Shown piece after piece: positions 1 to 12,000 of a DNA stretch of 64,000 bases. The DNA is from Curvularia clavata. Its lineage: Eukaryota. The stretch covers positions 2,542,001-2,606,000 of the forward strand of contig CP089277.1 of NCBI GenBank assembly GCA_023920165.1, read 5' to 3'. The notes below the pieces were generated by a model. It was not told the origin of the DNA. It searched no databases and was given only the letters and a program-made list of their open reading frames with translations. A program made the translations under genes and the position numbers. Each line of letters starts with the position of its first letter. The first letter of the stretch is position 1.

Positions 1-105
1 TATTCATATCGTACAACGCATTCCAAGCGTAAATAGAAAAAAAAAAGCAGAACATAAAATACTAAACAGGAAATGGAACCCCATCACTTGGTCTCATGTG
101 TACCG

Positions 106-3100
106 TTAAAAGCCATACTGTCGTCTAACCGTACCACGTGGCCTGCGCCCAGAGCCAGGACCAATGTCTATGCTCTGAAGCTCAAGACTGAGCGCCATGT
201 CTTCATTCTGGGAGCCGTAGCTGCCTCCGCCCATGTCAATGGGGACTTTGGCAGGGATCGGGGGTGCAGCGATGCTGTGTCGCTGTGTACCATGACGGTC
301 ATAGCCGAGACTGCCGTAGGTGTTGGGGTTCTCGCGCTCACGTAGAACTTGCCTGTCGGGCAGGTTGAACTGGAGCGGGGACGAATCGTAGGAGGAAACG
401 GGTCGTGCCTGCTGATCACGCTTCTGCAACCTGTTGCGTCCAGTCGAGATGGGTTGTGGGGCGTGTTGGCTTGCAAGGACCAGTGCGCCGGCATTCACGG
501 GCGAGTTGTAGTCGTTAAAATCGTGCCGCGCAGGAACAAGTGCGGTGCTATTGTCAAAGTTCATGCTTGCTGCATGGCGGAGACGTTCTCGTTCGGCGCG
601 ATCACGTTGGTATCTCTCCTCACGCTGCATCGCAGCCTCAAGGTCACGGCTTCCATTGGGTTGCGTTCGCGTGCGAGGCGCCTTTTCCTTCACAGTGCCC
701 TTGGGCACAGGCTCGGGTGCCCAGTTGTCGACAGGTAAGTGGTCTGAGGCATCAACAACCCGGCCGTTGAATGTGACGATCTGACCCTTGTCATTGTACT
801 CCATGCGACTACCTGGACGCTCCTGCTCATCATCTGAAGGAATTGGTGACTTGGATACCCTAGGGTTGTAGACGTCGAAGCTGTCGGGGTTAAATGCTAT
901 TCCGGACAATCGACGTTCGCCAAAATCTTCTCCTGGTGGTGGCGGACGAGGCGATACTGACTTGCGCGTCGGCATGCTACGTGCCGGCATCCTAGAAGAG
1001 CGATCAGTGACTGGATTTGGAGAGTGACGATCCATATCCGGGTGGGGAGAATAGCGATCCATATCAGGATTCGGGGAGTAACGATCCGGGGTTGGGTTTG
1101 GGGAGTAACGATCAGGAGCTGGGTTTGGCGAGTATCGCGGGTTCACACCAGGACTTGTAGCACGGGGCTTAATAAGTGGAGTAGGATCATATACAGGAGG
1201 AGACCTCTGTCGGGGCTGCTCTGGGGGATCGTGAGGGTAGTAATCATTCATCTGGTATGCTGAATGATGGACCAGTTCCTGTGACTGCACAGGAGTTTCG
1301 AACTGAGTGATAGCTCGATACTCGGCAGGCTCAGAGTAGTGACGGAGCCTTGGCGCAGTGTCATAAGATGGAGGCGCCTCATATGGTGGAGTCTCAATCT
1401 CTTGTCTGGCGGGATTGAGTCCAGCAATGAGGCTAGACGGCAAGGCTGGCATTTCTTGTCTCACAGGCTCTGGTCGGGGAGGCTCCTGGTGAAGAGGCTC
1501 CTGATGCAGAGGCTCCTGTCGCAGGGGAGAGGGTACCATGGCGTCACGGGACACTGGACGGCTTGGTGACTGTGTTGGCATACGAGGATGCGTGTACCGG
1601 CGCTCAGAAGGCTGTCTAGGCGCATAATCAGTAGGCTCATACTCTTGGGGTACTGCACCAAAGCTCCTCCGATGAGAATCCTCTTGAGATCGCGGTGCAA
1701 AGTTCAGTGGTGCCGGAGTATCATCCTGGTACATTTCATGACTTTCTTGATTGGGATGAGGCAGTGTACTCGCGTTGCGTTTGTGCATGGGTGGTGGCGG
1801 TGGCATATCATCCTCGTCCTCAACCATGGGCTGCATGGCACTACGCCTTCGGTGAGTAGGACTCTCCTCCTGTGGTGGGGGAGCTTCGATGAATCTTTGA
1901 CCATAGTACGGGTTTTGTGGAGATGCTTGTTCCTGGCTGTATCCGCGATTGCGGCTGCTCCGTAAAGGCGCAACTTGGTAGGCGGGGTCTTGGTACTGCT
2001 CGTGGGCATGAGACGGGGGAGGTTGCTGTGTCGGCTCGATCCTTGCAGGTTGAGGCTGCGGCTGTGGTTGCTGCTGATGCTGCAACAACTGCTGCTGCAG
2101 GTACTCGATTTGTTTTTGTTGGTTCTGAATCTGCTGCTCATGCGCAGAGGGTTCGTAGCTATGCTGAGTTGGCACTGCTGGAGCCGAGTGCGAGTGGACT
2201 GGCTCAGCCGGGTGTTGGGGCGGCTGCTGGTAACTACGGGGAGACCTACTGTCTTCTTGTGACATCCTCCTTGGTTCTGCATGGCGTACATGCTGTGGCA
2301 GAGGGTCGATCGGCTTCACTTCGTACGGTTTGGGCGCTGCGTACGACATGTCAAAGTTTTCGTCTCTTGGTGCGGGTATCCTCTGATTGGATAATCGCGG
2401 ATTGGGTGGTGTGCTGTAGGCAGACTGGGGTGGAGGGCGTTGGGGCGTGTTCTGAATCGATATCGATGCAGGATGTAGTGGCGATGAGTCTGGCACGGGC
2501 CTGCGGTTGGATGTGTCCGCCTGGCTTCGATGAGAGGGCGGTGTTTCCTTTGGCGTTTGTTGATGTCGCGGTGACCCCAATTCACGAGGCCCGGCACGCA
2601 TGCCACGCAATCCCCGGTGTTCTGGTGTATGGACAGGTGACGGTGTCGCGCCTGTCGGGTCACTGGGCAGCGGTCGTCGCTTGACTGGTGCCATCTCTCG
2701 CGCTCCACCAACAGTAGCCTTTCCCTCTGGCCTGGTTGAAATCCTCTTCTTCTCCGGCACTAGATTGTCTGCCTTGGGACGGGTGTCGTAGAAGGTTATT
2801 TCCATGCGGAGCTCGCCAGCGTATTTTCCTTTACAATTCAGGCCTAACCACTCATCGCTCTGTCCTCCGCCAGGCGTAATGACAGATTGAAGGTTTGCCC
2901 ATGCCTCTCCAATGAGTTCTGTCTTTTTATCATCATTGAACACTGAGACCTTTAGGCGGTTGTAATCGGGCGAATCGTGTACTGTGAAGCGTAGTTCTTG
3001 GTCCCTGCATACGTCAGAAGTTGGGCTCCAAAGTAGTGGGCTTCACACTCACCATCTTGGTGTCTGGCCTCCACGCTTGTCTGTCCGAGTCTTCTTGGCC

Positions 3101-3288
3101 TCTTTACCTAGACGGGCAGCGCAGTAGGGGTCCTGTTTGCCCATTGTGCGCTTGTTGGGCAGGTTCCTGGCGCGGTCCATAATGACCACCAGGGTGCCTA
3201 TGACGGGCCCGTCGACCGTCATGTCGGAGAAGATGCCAGCAGCGTGGGCGCCGCCAAAAGCGGGAGTATGGGCCGACTTGCTCGCCAT
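106..3288 (-). CDS. C2-domain cytokinesis ingression protein (Inn1/Fic1-like); exons 3288-3053, 3004-106
   Basis: N-terminal C2 domain (GTLVVIMDRARNLPN..KQDPYCAARLGKEAKKTRTDKRGGQTPRW|DQELRFTV..LKVSVFNDDKKTELIGEAW) is joined across a 48-nt GTGAGT..CAG intron (3052-3005). It is followed by a long Pro/Gln-rich tail with PxxP motifs (PPIPAKVP), the Inn1/Fic1 architecture. Confidence 0.85.
1011..1143 (-). repeat. Coding tandem repeat of 8-9 aa units (RYSPNP-x-x-D-like), 5 copies
   Basis: Translation reads PRYSPNPAPDRYSPNPTPDRYSPNPDMDRYSPHPDMDRHSPNP; units of about 27 nt are visible in the DNA. Confidence 0.85.
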
Positions 3289-4562
3289 ACTGAGGACGGC
3301 GATGGGGTTGTACCTATGTGGTGTTGCGGAAGGAGGGGAAGCGCGTCGAGCGGAAGTGGGAGCAACGAAGGGTGGAGCCGCCGGGGCAGCGTAGTGGGAC
3401 AGTGGTAGCGAGCATGCGCAGCAATTGCGGGCAGGCCGAGTAAGGTAGAGGAGAAAACAGCAAAGGAGCGGGCGAGGAGTTTGTGCAAGTGCGGTTGCGG
3501 GTGCAAAAGCAAAAGAGTGACGGTGTGCAGAGGCAGACGAGACGGGTAGGGCAGAACTGGTGTTGTTCTAATCGCAGTTACGCACCCTGTGGCTGGGAGC
3601 ATCCAGCCTCTCTCAGCTCCGCTAGGGCTTAGCCCCGAGCTCTCCACGCCAATCACCGGGCCACCTGCTGAGCCTGCCACCCACTTTGTCGTCTTCCCCG
3701 TCAGATCACTAGGGGGTGTACCTTGCAGCTCGACATCAGGTTTCTTGTTTAGCCTTGTTTTGGCCTGCGAACGCCCTACCGCGCTATCGAAGTGGTTGTC
3801 TTGGGTGGTGCAAAATGCCGTGGCTGGTTCGCGCTTGTCCGTCGTACCGCATCTGCGCCCCTCTTCACAGCACGCGACGTCGAATATAGAACACCGGACA
3901 GATAGCGGTGCCGGCATACAATGGATCCGTTCCGGTGAGCGTGCAGATGGACGTGTGTAGGATGCAGCGCTGGGTCGTGGTTACGCACTCCATGGCACTT
4001 CGCCTCACTGCCCCCCTGCCCGGCGGAATCCCTTGCCGCCAACAAATCCAACTATTTGTATATCCCATGCCTAGAAGCGGCCTTGGTCACATTTGGCCGT
4101 CTCGAATCCGGCCGCGCCTAGTCGAGGCCATTGTCTTTTTCGAGGTCACGATGCGGCTCGTTTCTATGGGGACACGGCCAAACTCAGGGATAGGTTGATC
4201 TCCCGTCGCCAATCGTGCTATGAGATCACTCCACTCCTCGGTACATGCTGAAGACGCCATCCCACGAGATGGCTGGGACTGTCGCGATGCAGCCGCATGC
4301 TCATTGCCGAAACGCCGATTCGTTCCATGTGAGCTAACAGGTTAATTGGTTACTTCACATGCTACACGATCGCTGCAGCAGGCGGCTCGGACATGTCGGC
4401 GACCTCTGAGCGCGATCCAGTTAGTTGTGTTGGGACTCAGCAATTTCTGTATGTAGCGACGTGCCGTGGTTGTTATTGTGAGGTTTGTTTGTTTTGGCGC
4501 GCTTATCACAAGCCACAGACAGTATCGTGCCGCAGCCGGCATAGCGCCGCTGTTCCCGTGAC

Positions 4563-4630
4563 ACCGCGCACCCGCGTTACGCGATGTCCCTGCATCAATT
4601 AGGAACTTCGCCACTTGCGCCTCGCGTCGC
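4563..4630. promoter_or_regulatory. Cluster of CGCG cores (MCB/MBF-like) upstream of the 4700 gene
   Basis: CCGCGC, CCGCGT, ACGCGA and TCGCGT lie within about 65 bp, 70-135 bp upstream of ATG 4700. No perfect ACGCGT is present. Confidence 0.35.
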
Positions 4631-4699
4631 TGCACGGAACAGCCACATAACCCTACACCATCAGCCCAGGCGCTTTCGTTTTCCAATGTCGCCATCAAG

Positions 4700-5896
4700 A
4701 TGCCGACACATACGCCCTCTCCACACCGTTTCCTGGCTCCAACCCCGCATTCGGCACAGAAGTCGACCAGACCTCACTCGAGTTTGCGCAATCCTCCTGC
4801 ACTCGCGTCTCCCGCGTCGGCAAATGCACCAACACCCATCGCCACACCAGGATTGCAGTTGAAAAGATTAACACCCGCAAAACGCTTTGTCGTTACACCG
4901 CTACAAAAGCACGTTGTCCCGGAAGCCGCAAAGGTCGAAGAAGCAGATGCCAAGACACGTGCTGGTGATGCACAGGCAGAGCACACGCCGCTATCAAGGC
5001 CACGCAGGAAGCTCCAACGCATCGAAAGTATCGAGGAACCATCCCAATCAAGCCTGCCGGATGAGAATGACGAGATCCATGTCTCTGGCGTCATACCCTT
5101 CACCGAAGACCAGGATACGCTGTTTGACGAGCAAGATGAAGGAAATGAGGATGACGAAATGCTCTTTGAATCAACCGCACGTAGCAAGCGCCGGCGCATG
5201 TCACCACCAAGCTCTCCCTTTTTGCAGTCACCCGAGCCATCTACACCCCTTCCTGTGAACAATTCAACAAACCATCGTTTCAAGGTAGCGCCGCCCCGCA
5301 CCCCTGCACCCTTTCCCAGCATTTCCTCTGTCACGGCCAAAACATCAACACCTGCGCATCGTCCGCATTTCATTCTCCCCACACATCCAACTTCTCCTCC
5401 CAAGACTTCAAGACCTCCACCGGAAATTTTTTCTCCCTCACGCAAACATGCAAAATACCTCCCTGGTGGTCTTGCTTCTACCGTTTCCAACTGGATTATC
5501 GAGACAGCCAGTACGGGGTTTGCGGCACAGGAAAGGACTAGTGGGCCAGCTGGAGGTCGCGAAACGGATCACGGTGTGAAGATACAGTTGAAGATTACTT
5601 GTCTGTCTCGGGGCGGCGCCCATGAGCGCAATGCACAGGAGCTAGAGTGCTATGCCGGTGGGATGTTGTTCGCGAAGAGCGAGATACAGCCAGCCATGCA
5701 TGATGTCTCGGGGGCCTCTAGTTTCGCTAATCCAAACAACGACAAGAACGTTCTCTTAGCTGGTCAAGGTGGCTCGAGAGGCTCGAGAGGCGTCAGAGTC
5801 AAGGTTGGTACCGTAATCGGTGTACGTGCACCGACATGGGAGATTGATGTCGGTAAAGAGAAATGGCTGGTAGCCGTGGACTGGGTGATTCTCTGA
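4700..5896 (+). CDS. Hypothetical protein, 398 aa: disordered S/T/P-rich N-terminus and a predicted beta-rich (OB-fold-like, SPIDR/DUF4502-like) C-terminus
   Basis: Single-exon ORF with coding-like composition. C-terminal motifs are KYLPGGLASTVSNW, GVKIQLKITCL, KNVLLAG and VGTVIGVRAPTWEIDV. Confidence 0.8.
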   Translation: MPTHTPSPHRFLAPTPHSAQKSTRPHSSLRNPPALASPASANAPTPIATPGLQLKRLTPAKRFVVTPLQKHVVPEAAKVEEADAKTRAGDAQAEHTPLSRPRRKLQRIESIEEPSQSSLPDENDEIHVSGVIPFTEDQDTLFDEQDEGNEDDEMLFESTARSKRRRMSPPSSPFLQSPEPSTPLPVNNSTNHRFKVAPPRTPAPFPSISSVTAKTSTPAHRPHFILPTHPTSPPKTSRPPPEIFSPSRKHAKYLPGGLASTVSNWIIETASTGFAAQERTSGPAGGRETDHGVKIQLKITCLSRGGAHERNAQELECYAGGMLFAKSEIQPAMHDVSGASSFANPNNDKNVLLAGQGGSRGSRGVRVKVGTVIGVRAPTWEIDVGKEKWLVAVDWVIL

Positions 5897-6765
5897 TTTT
5901 GCGCTATCTTAATAGCGCGACATTTGATGAAGATATGAGATATGAGTGACGATTTATGAATGTTAAAAGGCCTGGAGATTGACTGGAGCATCTATATGGG
6001 TAGGCCCTTTCTTAGAACTTAAGACTAATCGCGTACTGCATCTTTCTATCAGCATGTTCTTCTTCCTCCTTGCTTCCGTTAATCTGGCATGAATTAGGAC
6101 CACCGGTCGTTGTGTCAAGCAGTCATCACACCGCGGAGCATAGCAGAAAGCTCCGCAGTACCAAGTATTCACATTAGCCCCTTGTCGACTACTAAGCTCT
6201 GTATTTACACATGTCGGACACCTCGACTTTCTTCATCACTCTCACTGCCAATCCATGAATAGTAATAAATATATTATTGAGGAGGACCCAAATTGAGGTT
6301 GTGGCCTGCTGGCACCTTGAGTCGAGTTGTTCCCAGTTACACAAAGGGGCGTTAACCACAGTCGCTATCATTGCGAGCATGGTGGCAAGGATAAGACTAA
6401 TCAGCGCGAGATGGTCAGACTGAAAATCGAAGCATAAAACATAAGGAAAAAGTTGAGGTGCTGACAGTCACGTATCGTTTCCCATCCCGATGGTATTGGG
6501 TTCTGTTGTCAAATGATGACGTTTTTGTGAGAGAGCGTGGATGGGAAAACGAGTAATCACAGCCATGTACTGACCAACCACCTTTTCCTAGCGTCCAATA
6601 TGTTGAGCGCTCACATAAAAGTGAGGCTTACACGTATTTGTTGAGATTTATGCGAATCTCAAATGCCCATGGTGATGGAGACATTTGTAATACTCAGCCA
6701 GTCATGTAGCGAACCACAGTAGGCGCCAACCATGTCATAGGGATATTCAATGCTGGAACCAAAGG

Positions 6766-7530
6766 ATGAGATACAGTGGCAAACACACTGTGTGGCAAAG
6801 ACACATATACCGAATTGAGGCTCCTCGTGTTGTGACTAAATTCTACATTATGTCATGCCCTCCTATGTCGACATCGCTTCAACACCATCTATCGATACAG
6901 CAATGGGAGCTTGCTAGGTACAGGTGTCGGATTGAGCACCTGATTCAGGGCGAAGCATCCCAGAGGGCGTCAGCTGCACGACCGCTACCAAGAGTCAGAC
7001 ATCTCACCGTACCGACGATGGTGGGTAAGACGATACCTTTACCGATCTGTAGCATCCTGAAGATGTCAGAAGCACCCGAAGGAGCCCGGTTCAATTCCTT
7101 TCTAGCAACTCTGAACATCGATAAGGAATCTTTGGGCAGACCGGATTCAGGCGCAGACATTAGAAATGGAGGGGAGAATAGAGATGGGACATGCACTGCC
7201 GTCATACTTCATCGCGGAGATCCAATGCTACGAGTACCGACTATCACACTCACTCCCTCCTCAAAGATATCGCAGCCAACTATGGATGCATGCACTTGGA
7301 TCACGCTTGGCTGCAGGACTTGGGTTTGCGCAGACGTGCAGCTTACGGTGAGGGCTCGTCCTCAGAGGAAGCACTTTAAGAGCAAAAACTGTGTTCAATG
7401 CAACTACGCTATGAAGCAAAACAGGGCTTGGGGAAAGAAGATGGGACTTATCGTGGTTGAGGCGGGGAAAGAGGGAGAGGAGCCAATGATGTCTGATGCA
7501 GCAGACGATAAGGAAGACAGAGTGGGATGA
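6766..7530 (+). CDS. Possible orphan hypothetical protein (254-aa ORF, true start uncertain)
   Basis: Longest ORF in this intergenic stretch, followed by an AT-rich 3' region. No recognisable motifs. Confidence 0.35.
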   Translation: MRYSGKHTVWQRHIYRIEAPRVVTKFYIMSCPPMSTSLQHHLSIQQWELARYRCRIEHLIQGEASQRASAARPLPRVRHLTVPTMVGKTIPLPICSILKMSEAPEGARFNSFLATLNIDKESLGRPDSGADIRNGGENRDGTCTAVILHRGDPMLRVPTITLTPSSKISQPTMDACTWITLGCRTWVCADVQLTVRARPQRKHFKSKNCVQCNYAMKQNRAWGKKMGLIVVEAGKEGEEPMMSDAADDKEDRVG

Positions 7531-9056
7531 ATGGGGTGATGAATCCTCGTGTTATGTGTAGACAACTCCTCCTTTCCCGTTCTGCATTCAATTTTTGTAA
7601 ATTCCTTCCTATTGGCTTTTTGTACCTCTCTGACCATTCACAGCCCAATATTGATTGAAGTGCATGCATACTAATTCGGCAATTAGCGCAATTGATAACT
7701 CAACCGTTCACGTGACCTATAATCATATCTGTTCCCGCCCGTTTGAACGACGTGCAGAATCGTAAAGATGACCAGTCTTTGCTTACACAGTGCATATCGC
7801 CTCTCAACCTACTATATCCATGGTTGCACGGAGCATTGGGCTGCGAACACGTACAGGCATCAGATTCGCCCGCCGCATTGGGTTTCTCCTCGCTCACTCT
7901 TCTCCTCTTTTTGCAACCTCGATAGCCGCTGGATAATAGCGCAGCCCGATGACGACATGCATGTCACTCCTGTCCGTGGTGATGGATTGAGCAAGCCGGG
8001 GGAGCAATGGCCTCTTCTCATCGTGATCCACTCTCGTCTGGAGCGGCAGCCATGTCGACAGCACGCGAAGATGCCGCGCTGACGACCCTCTGGATGCTTT
8101 GTTGTAAAAAGTACATACCTAGGGTCTTCTGTGGGGTCACATGGTTGTGTGCCCTTCTGCGTGTCCCACGTCGCATAGAAGACAGTGGAATACAGAGACG
8201 GTCGGGTCGGCTCGACTTGATTAGTCGCTTAGTGGCGTCTGTCCTGCTCCCCGGCCCCTCGCCTCGCCGCCACGTCACTCGACCTCAACTCTCTCACTTA
8301 CCTTTTGCCATCATGGCTGGGTCTCTCCACCCCTTCCCCCTGCATCGGCAACCATTTTGGTTCGTCGGCGGCCGAGGCTTACACACGGGTGCTCCCTGTG
8401 GACTGACGTTATGCCATGCGCGCAAGCCTTCCGGTGGCCGCGATTCTGGCCGTTTGAAGGTTACGACCAGCGCTGCACCGCGCTCCACGCTCGCGACACA
8501 TGCTGCAACTAGAAGACTCCATCGGGCCAATGGCGGAAAGACTGCGGATGCCCGATCCCACCCTCCGGCTCACTCTCTTCTCTTCTTGAACGAACTATGT
8601 TTCCCTACGTGGCCCAATGAGACCTACAGGCCAAGCTCGCCATATTTCTGTGAGGCCGGCGGGAGCAGTCGGGAGGAGTACCGTCCCAGAGCTTACCGAA
8701 CCACTGCACCCACAACGCGCGAGCTTGTTCCCTAACCATCTCTTGCATCGTGTCTTGTGACAGCTGTCCTGCAATTTGCCTTTGTCTGATCGTAGTGTTC
8801 CGTCCCAGCTTTGGCCGATTGAAGCCACGCACATTGCACATCCACCATCCGTGCTGCGTCTAGACTGACCCTGTCTCTCATTCGTCTTCTCTGCACTCAA
8901 TCTTCGCACCCCACGTTGAATGCTCCCATTGCACATACATCTCTTGCTCGTTCTTGCCTGTAATGGAACAACGGAACCCTCAGATATAGCACGTAGCACC
9001 ACTTGACCAATTCCCGAACTCCGAAACACAACCACACTGTGCTTGTCTGAGCCACC

Positions 9057-12000
9057 ATGCGCAAATTCGAAGAAGTCTCCATCTCGCCGTGGCAGAATCC
9101 ATATGGAACTTCTGCTCCCAACACCGGGAGGAACCTATATGCTGCCAGCATACCACAACAGCAGCCCATTTATCGACGTGTAGTTTCACCTCCAACACTT
9201 ACATATTCCCATGGAGCACACTTGATAGGTGAGAAGAATAACGACGACAGTCAAGCAGGTATGCTTGAAATATGTTGTTTGTGACCAGTAGACCAAGTTA
9301 ACAGCTATAGGTACAGGAGTTTCACCAACCGCAGCAGAGGCTTCGAATCCAGCATCTTCTGCCGCACCGGAGCCATCTCCAGAAGAACAACCCCCCACAT
9401 CGGATGCCACTGTAGAGGCGACTCCAGAAGTAACTGCACCTGAAAATCCTCCAGCACAGGAACCTGCTCCCCAAAGTAGCGAGGGGGACGTTGTAATAGA
9501 CACTGTGGCCAAGGATGTCCAAGATGAACCTCCAGGACCAGGTGGCAGTGAAGATGCTGGGCCAAGTGCAGAAGAAGCACTTCCAGTGGCTCCGCCGCCA
9601 CCTCCAACAGCACCAGTATCAGTGCCCCCTGTGGAAACCCCAGCCCCTCCACCGCCAGCACCAGCACCCGTGGATCCGGCGCCTGAGACAGCAGCAGTCC
9701 AGAGTAAGAAGAGTGGTGAGTCCGAGCAGGCCGCTCTAGAGCCCCCGAAATCTCCAACAATGAAGTTTGTTCACTTTACCTCTGACACCAAAGACCCAGA
9801 CGACTCGGAAGATAAGAAAAGGAGACCGTATGGGTTCAGTAGGGTAAAGGCAACTGCATTTGTTCGTCTAAAGAAACCAGCTTCCCCTCCCCCAGCACCA
9901 AAGAAAGAAGAGAAGAAGAAGGTTGTTGGCCCCGATGCCTTCGTCAGGAGACGGAGGAGGAGCTCACTTCTCTCATCTTCATCCGACAAGCCAAAGGTCA
10001 GCAAGGATGAAAAGTCGAAGAGTCGAAAGGGAAGCAAAGATCCCACCCCGCCATCGAGCGATGACGGGTCATATGCTGTGGCCGATGCTCCTTCCTCTGA
10101 GATTTCTGAGAGCGTCATCATTGAGGAGACAGCAGAAGATGTCGCGCGGTCCATTGTGAGTGATGCCACACCACCACCGCCTCCACCACCTCCTCCCCCA
10201 GTAGATGAGATTCCCCTCGAGACAGACCGAGCGGTCACCGAGGAAACTGCAGCAGAACCTAAGCAGTCGAACGAAGAGGAAAGTGCTCCCCCTCCGGTTG
10301 AAGAACCACCTGCCCCTGAAGAATCTGCTACCAAAAGTGAGCCAGCACCAGAAGCTCCTTCCGCAGAAGCTCAAGAACCTTTGCCGGAGGAACCCGCTGC
10401 CCCTGCACCGGATGCTGGTGAATCTGCACCTCCTGCTGAAGAACCAGAACCAGTATCAGCAGAACCTGTTGTTACTGAAGAGACTTCCGCACCAAGCGAG
10501 CCAGCGGCGGATGCTGCTGACAAGGAAGAAGCTCCTGTGACTGAACCATCAGCAGGCGCTGAGGAGCCACCAAGTGAGGAGGCTCAGGCACCTAGTGAAC
10601 CCGTGGCAGAGCCAGCTGCTGAGCCAGTAGAAGCTCCAGCTGCTGAGCCGACAGAGGCCTTAGTAGAAGCCCCAGCCGAGTCGGCACCAGAGCCTGTAGT
10701 GGAACCTGTAGTAGAGGCTGTAGTGGAGCCAGCATCAGAGCCAACACCTGAAGCTGCACCGGAGCCAGTGGAAGAATCAACACCTGAGCCGGCACCTGAG
10801 CCAGCATCTGAGCCAGCATCTGAGCCAACAGAAACGCCTGCACCAGATGCTTCACCAGAAGCCCCAGCCGAATCAGCACCAGAGCCTGCAGCGGAGCCAG
10901 TACCAGAGCCAACACCTGAAGCTGCACCGGAGCCAGCAGAAGAATCAACACCTGAACCAGCTCCTGAGCCAGCTGCTGAGCCGACAGAGACCTCAGCAGA
11001 AGCCCCAGCGGAGTCAACACCAGAGCCTGCAGCGGAACCCGCAGCAGAGGCTTTAGTAGAGCCAGTATCAGAGCCAACAGCCGAAGCTGTCTCGGAGCCA
11101 GCAGAAACGCCTGCATCAGATACTGCACCAGAAGCCCCTGCAGAGTCAACACCAGAGCCTACACCCGAACCTGCAGCAGAGGCTGTAAAGGAGTCGGCAC
11201 CCGAGCCAGTGTCGGAGCCAGCATCAGAGGCTGCACCTGAGGGTACTGCTGACGCTGCACCTGAGCTGACAGAGGAGCCAGCACCAGATGCTACAACTGA
11301 ACCGACGCCTGAGCCAGCAGCAGAGGCCTCACCCGAGCCAACTGTAGATGCTGCAACAGAGCCAATGGCGGAGGTTCTAGCAGACCCAGCACCGGAGCCA
11401 GTAGCTGAGATCACGGCCGAACCGGCAGAAGCGCCAACAGAAGAGCCTGCACCCGAGGCCGCACCCGAGGCTGTAGCAGAGTCCACACTCGAGCTTGCAG
11501 TAGAGAGTGCACGCGAACCAACAGTAGAAGCTGTCACAGAGCCTGAACCAGAGGCTACAGCAGACGCTGGAACAGAGGCGACGACTGAGCCCGCTCCAGA
11601 GACTGCCACGGAATCAACACCTGAACCAACACCTGAGCCTGTAGCCGAGGCTGTGACGGAGCCAGGACCTGAGCCAGCATCTGAACCTGTACAAGAGTCA
11701 ACAGCTGAGTCTGTAGAGGAGTCTGCACCAGAGGCCCCCAAAGAGGCAATATCTGAGCCTCCAGTAGAGGCTGTTGCAGAGCCAGTACCAGGTGCCCCGG
11801 AAGATGCGACACCTGAGCCTGCATCAGACCCTGCACTAGAAGACGCAGTAGATCCAACACCAGAGCCAGGATTGGAACCAGTCGAAGCTCCTCCAGCTAG
11901 GCCTGAAGCTGAGGTCGTCGAAGTATCAGCTGCACCAAAAGAAGCCCCCGAAGAGGAGGCAAAGCCGTCTGAGGACGCTGCCACTGTTCTTGAAGCAGAT

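Noticed and set aside
3219..4698. Several 90-230 aa ORFs between the Inn1-like gene and the 4700 gene
   Set aside because: They overlap on both strands in a GC-rich divergent promoter region, mostly with non-ATG starts and no motifs.
6477..6575. Box C/D snoRNA-like pattern (ATGATGA at 6513, CTGA at 6570) and an imperfect inverted repeat (CGTTTCCCATCC / GGATGGGAAAACG)
   Set aside because: The span is short, there are no clear C'/D' boxes, and I recognised no rRNA-complementary guide. A snoscan/Infernal hit would be needed.
8007..8735. 242-aa ORF upstream of the giant disordered gene
   Set aside because: Its Arg/Pro/Ser/His-rich composition is typical of promoter or 5'UTR sequence, with no domain features.
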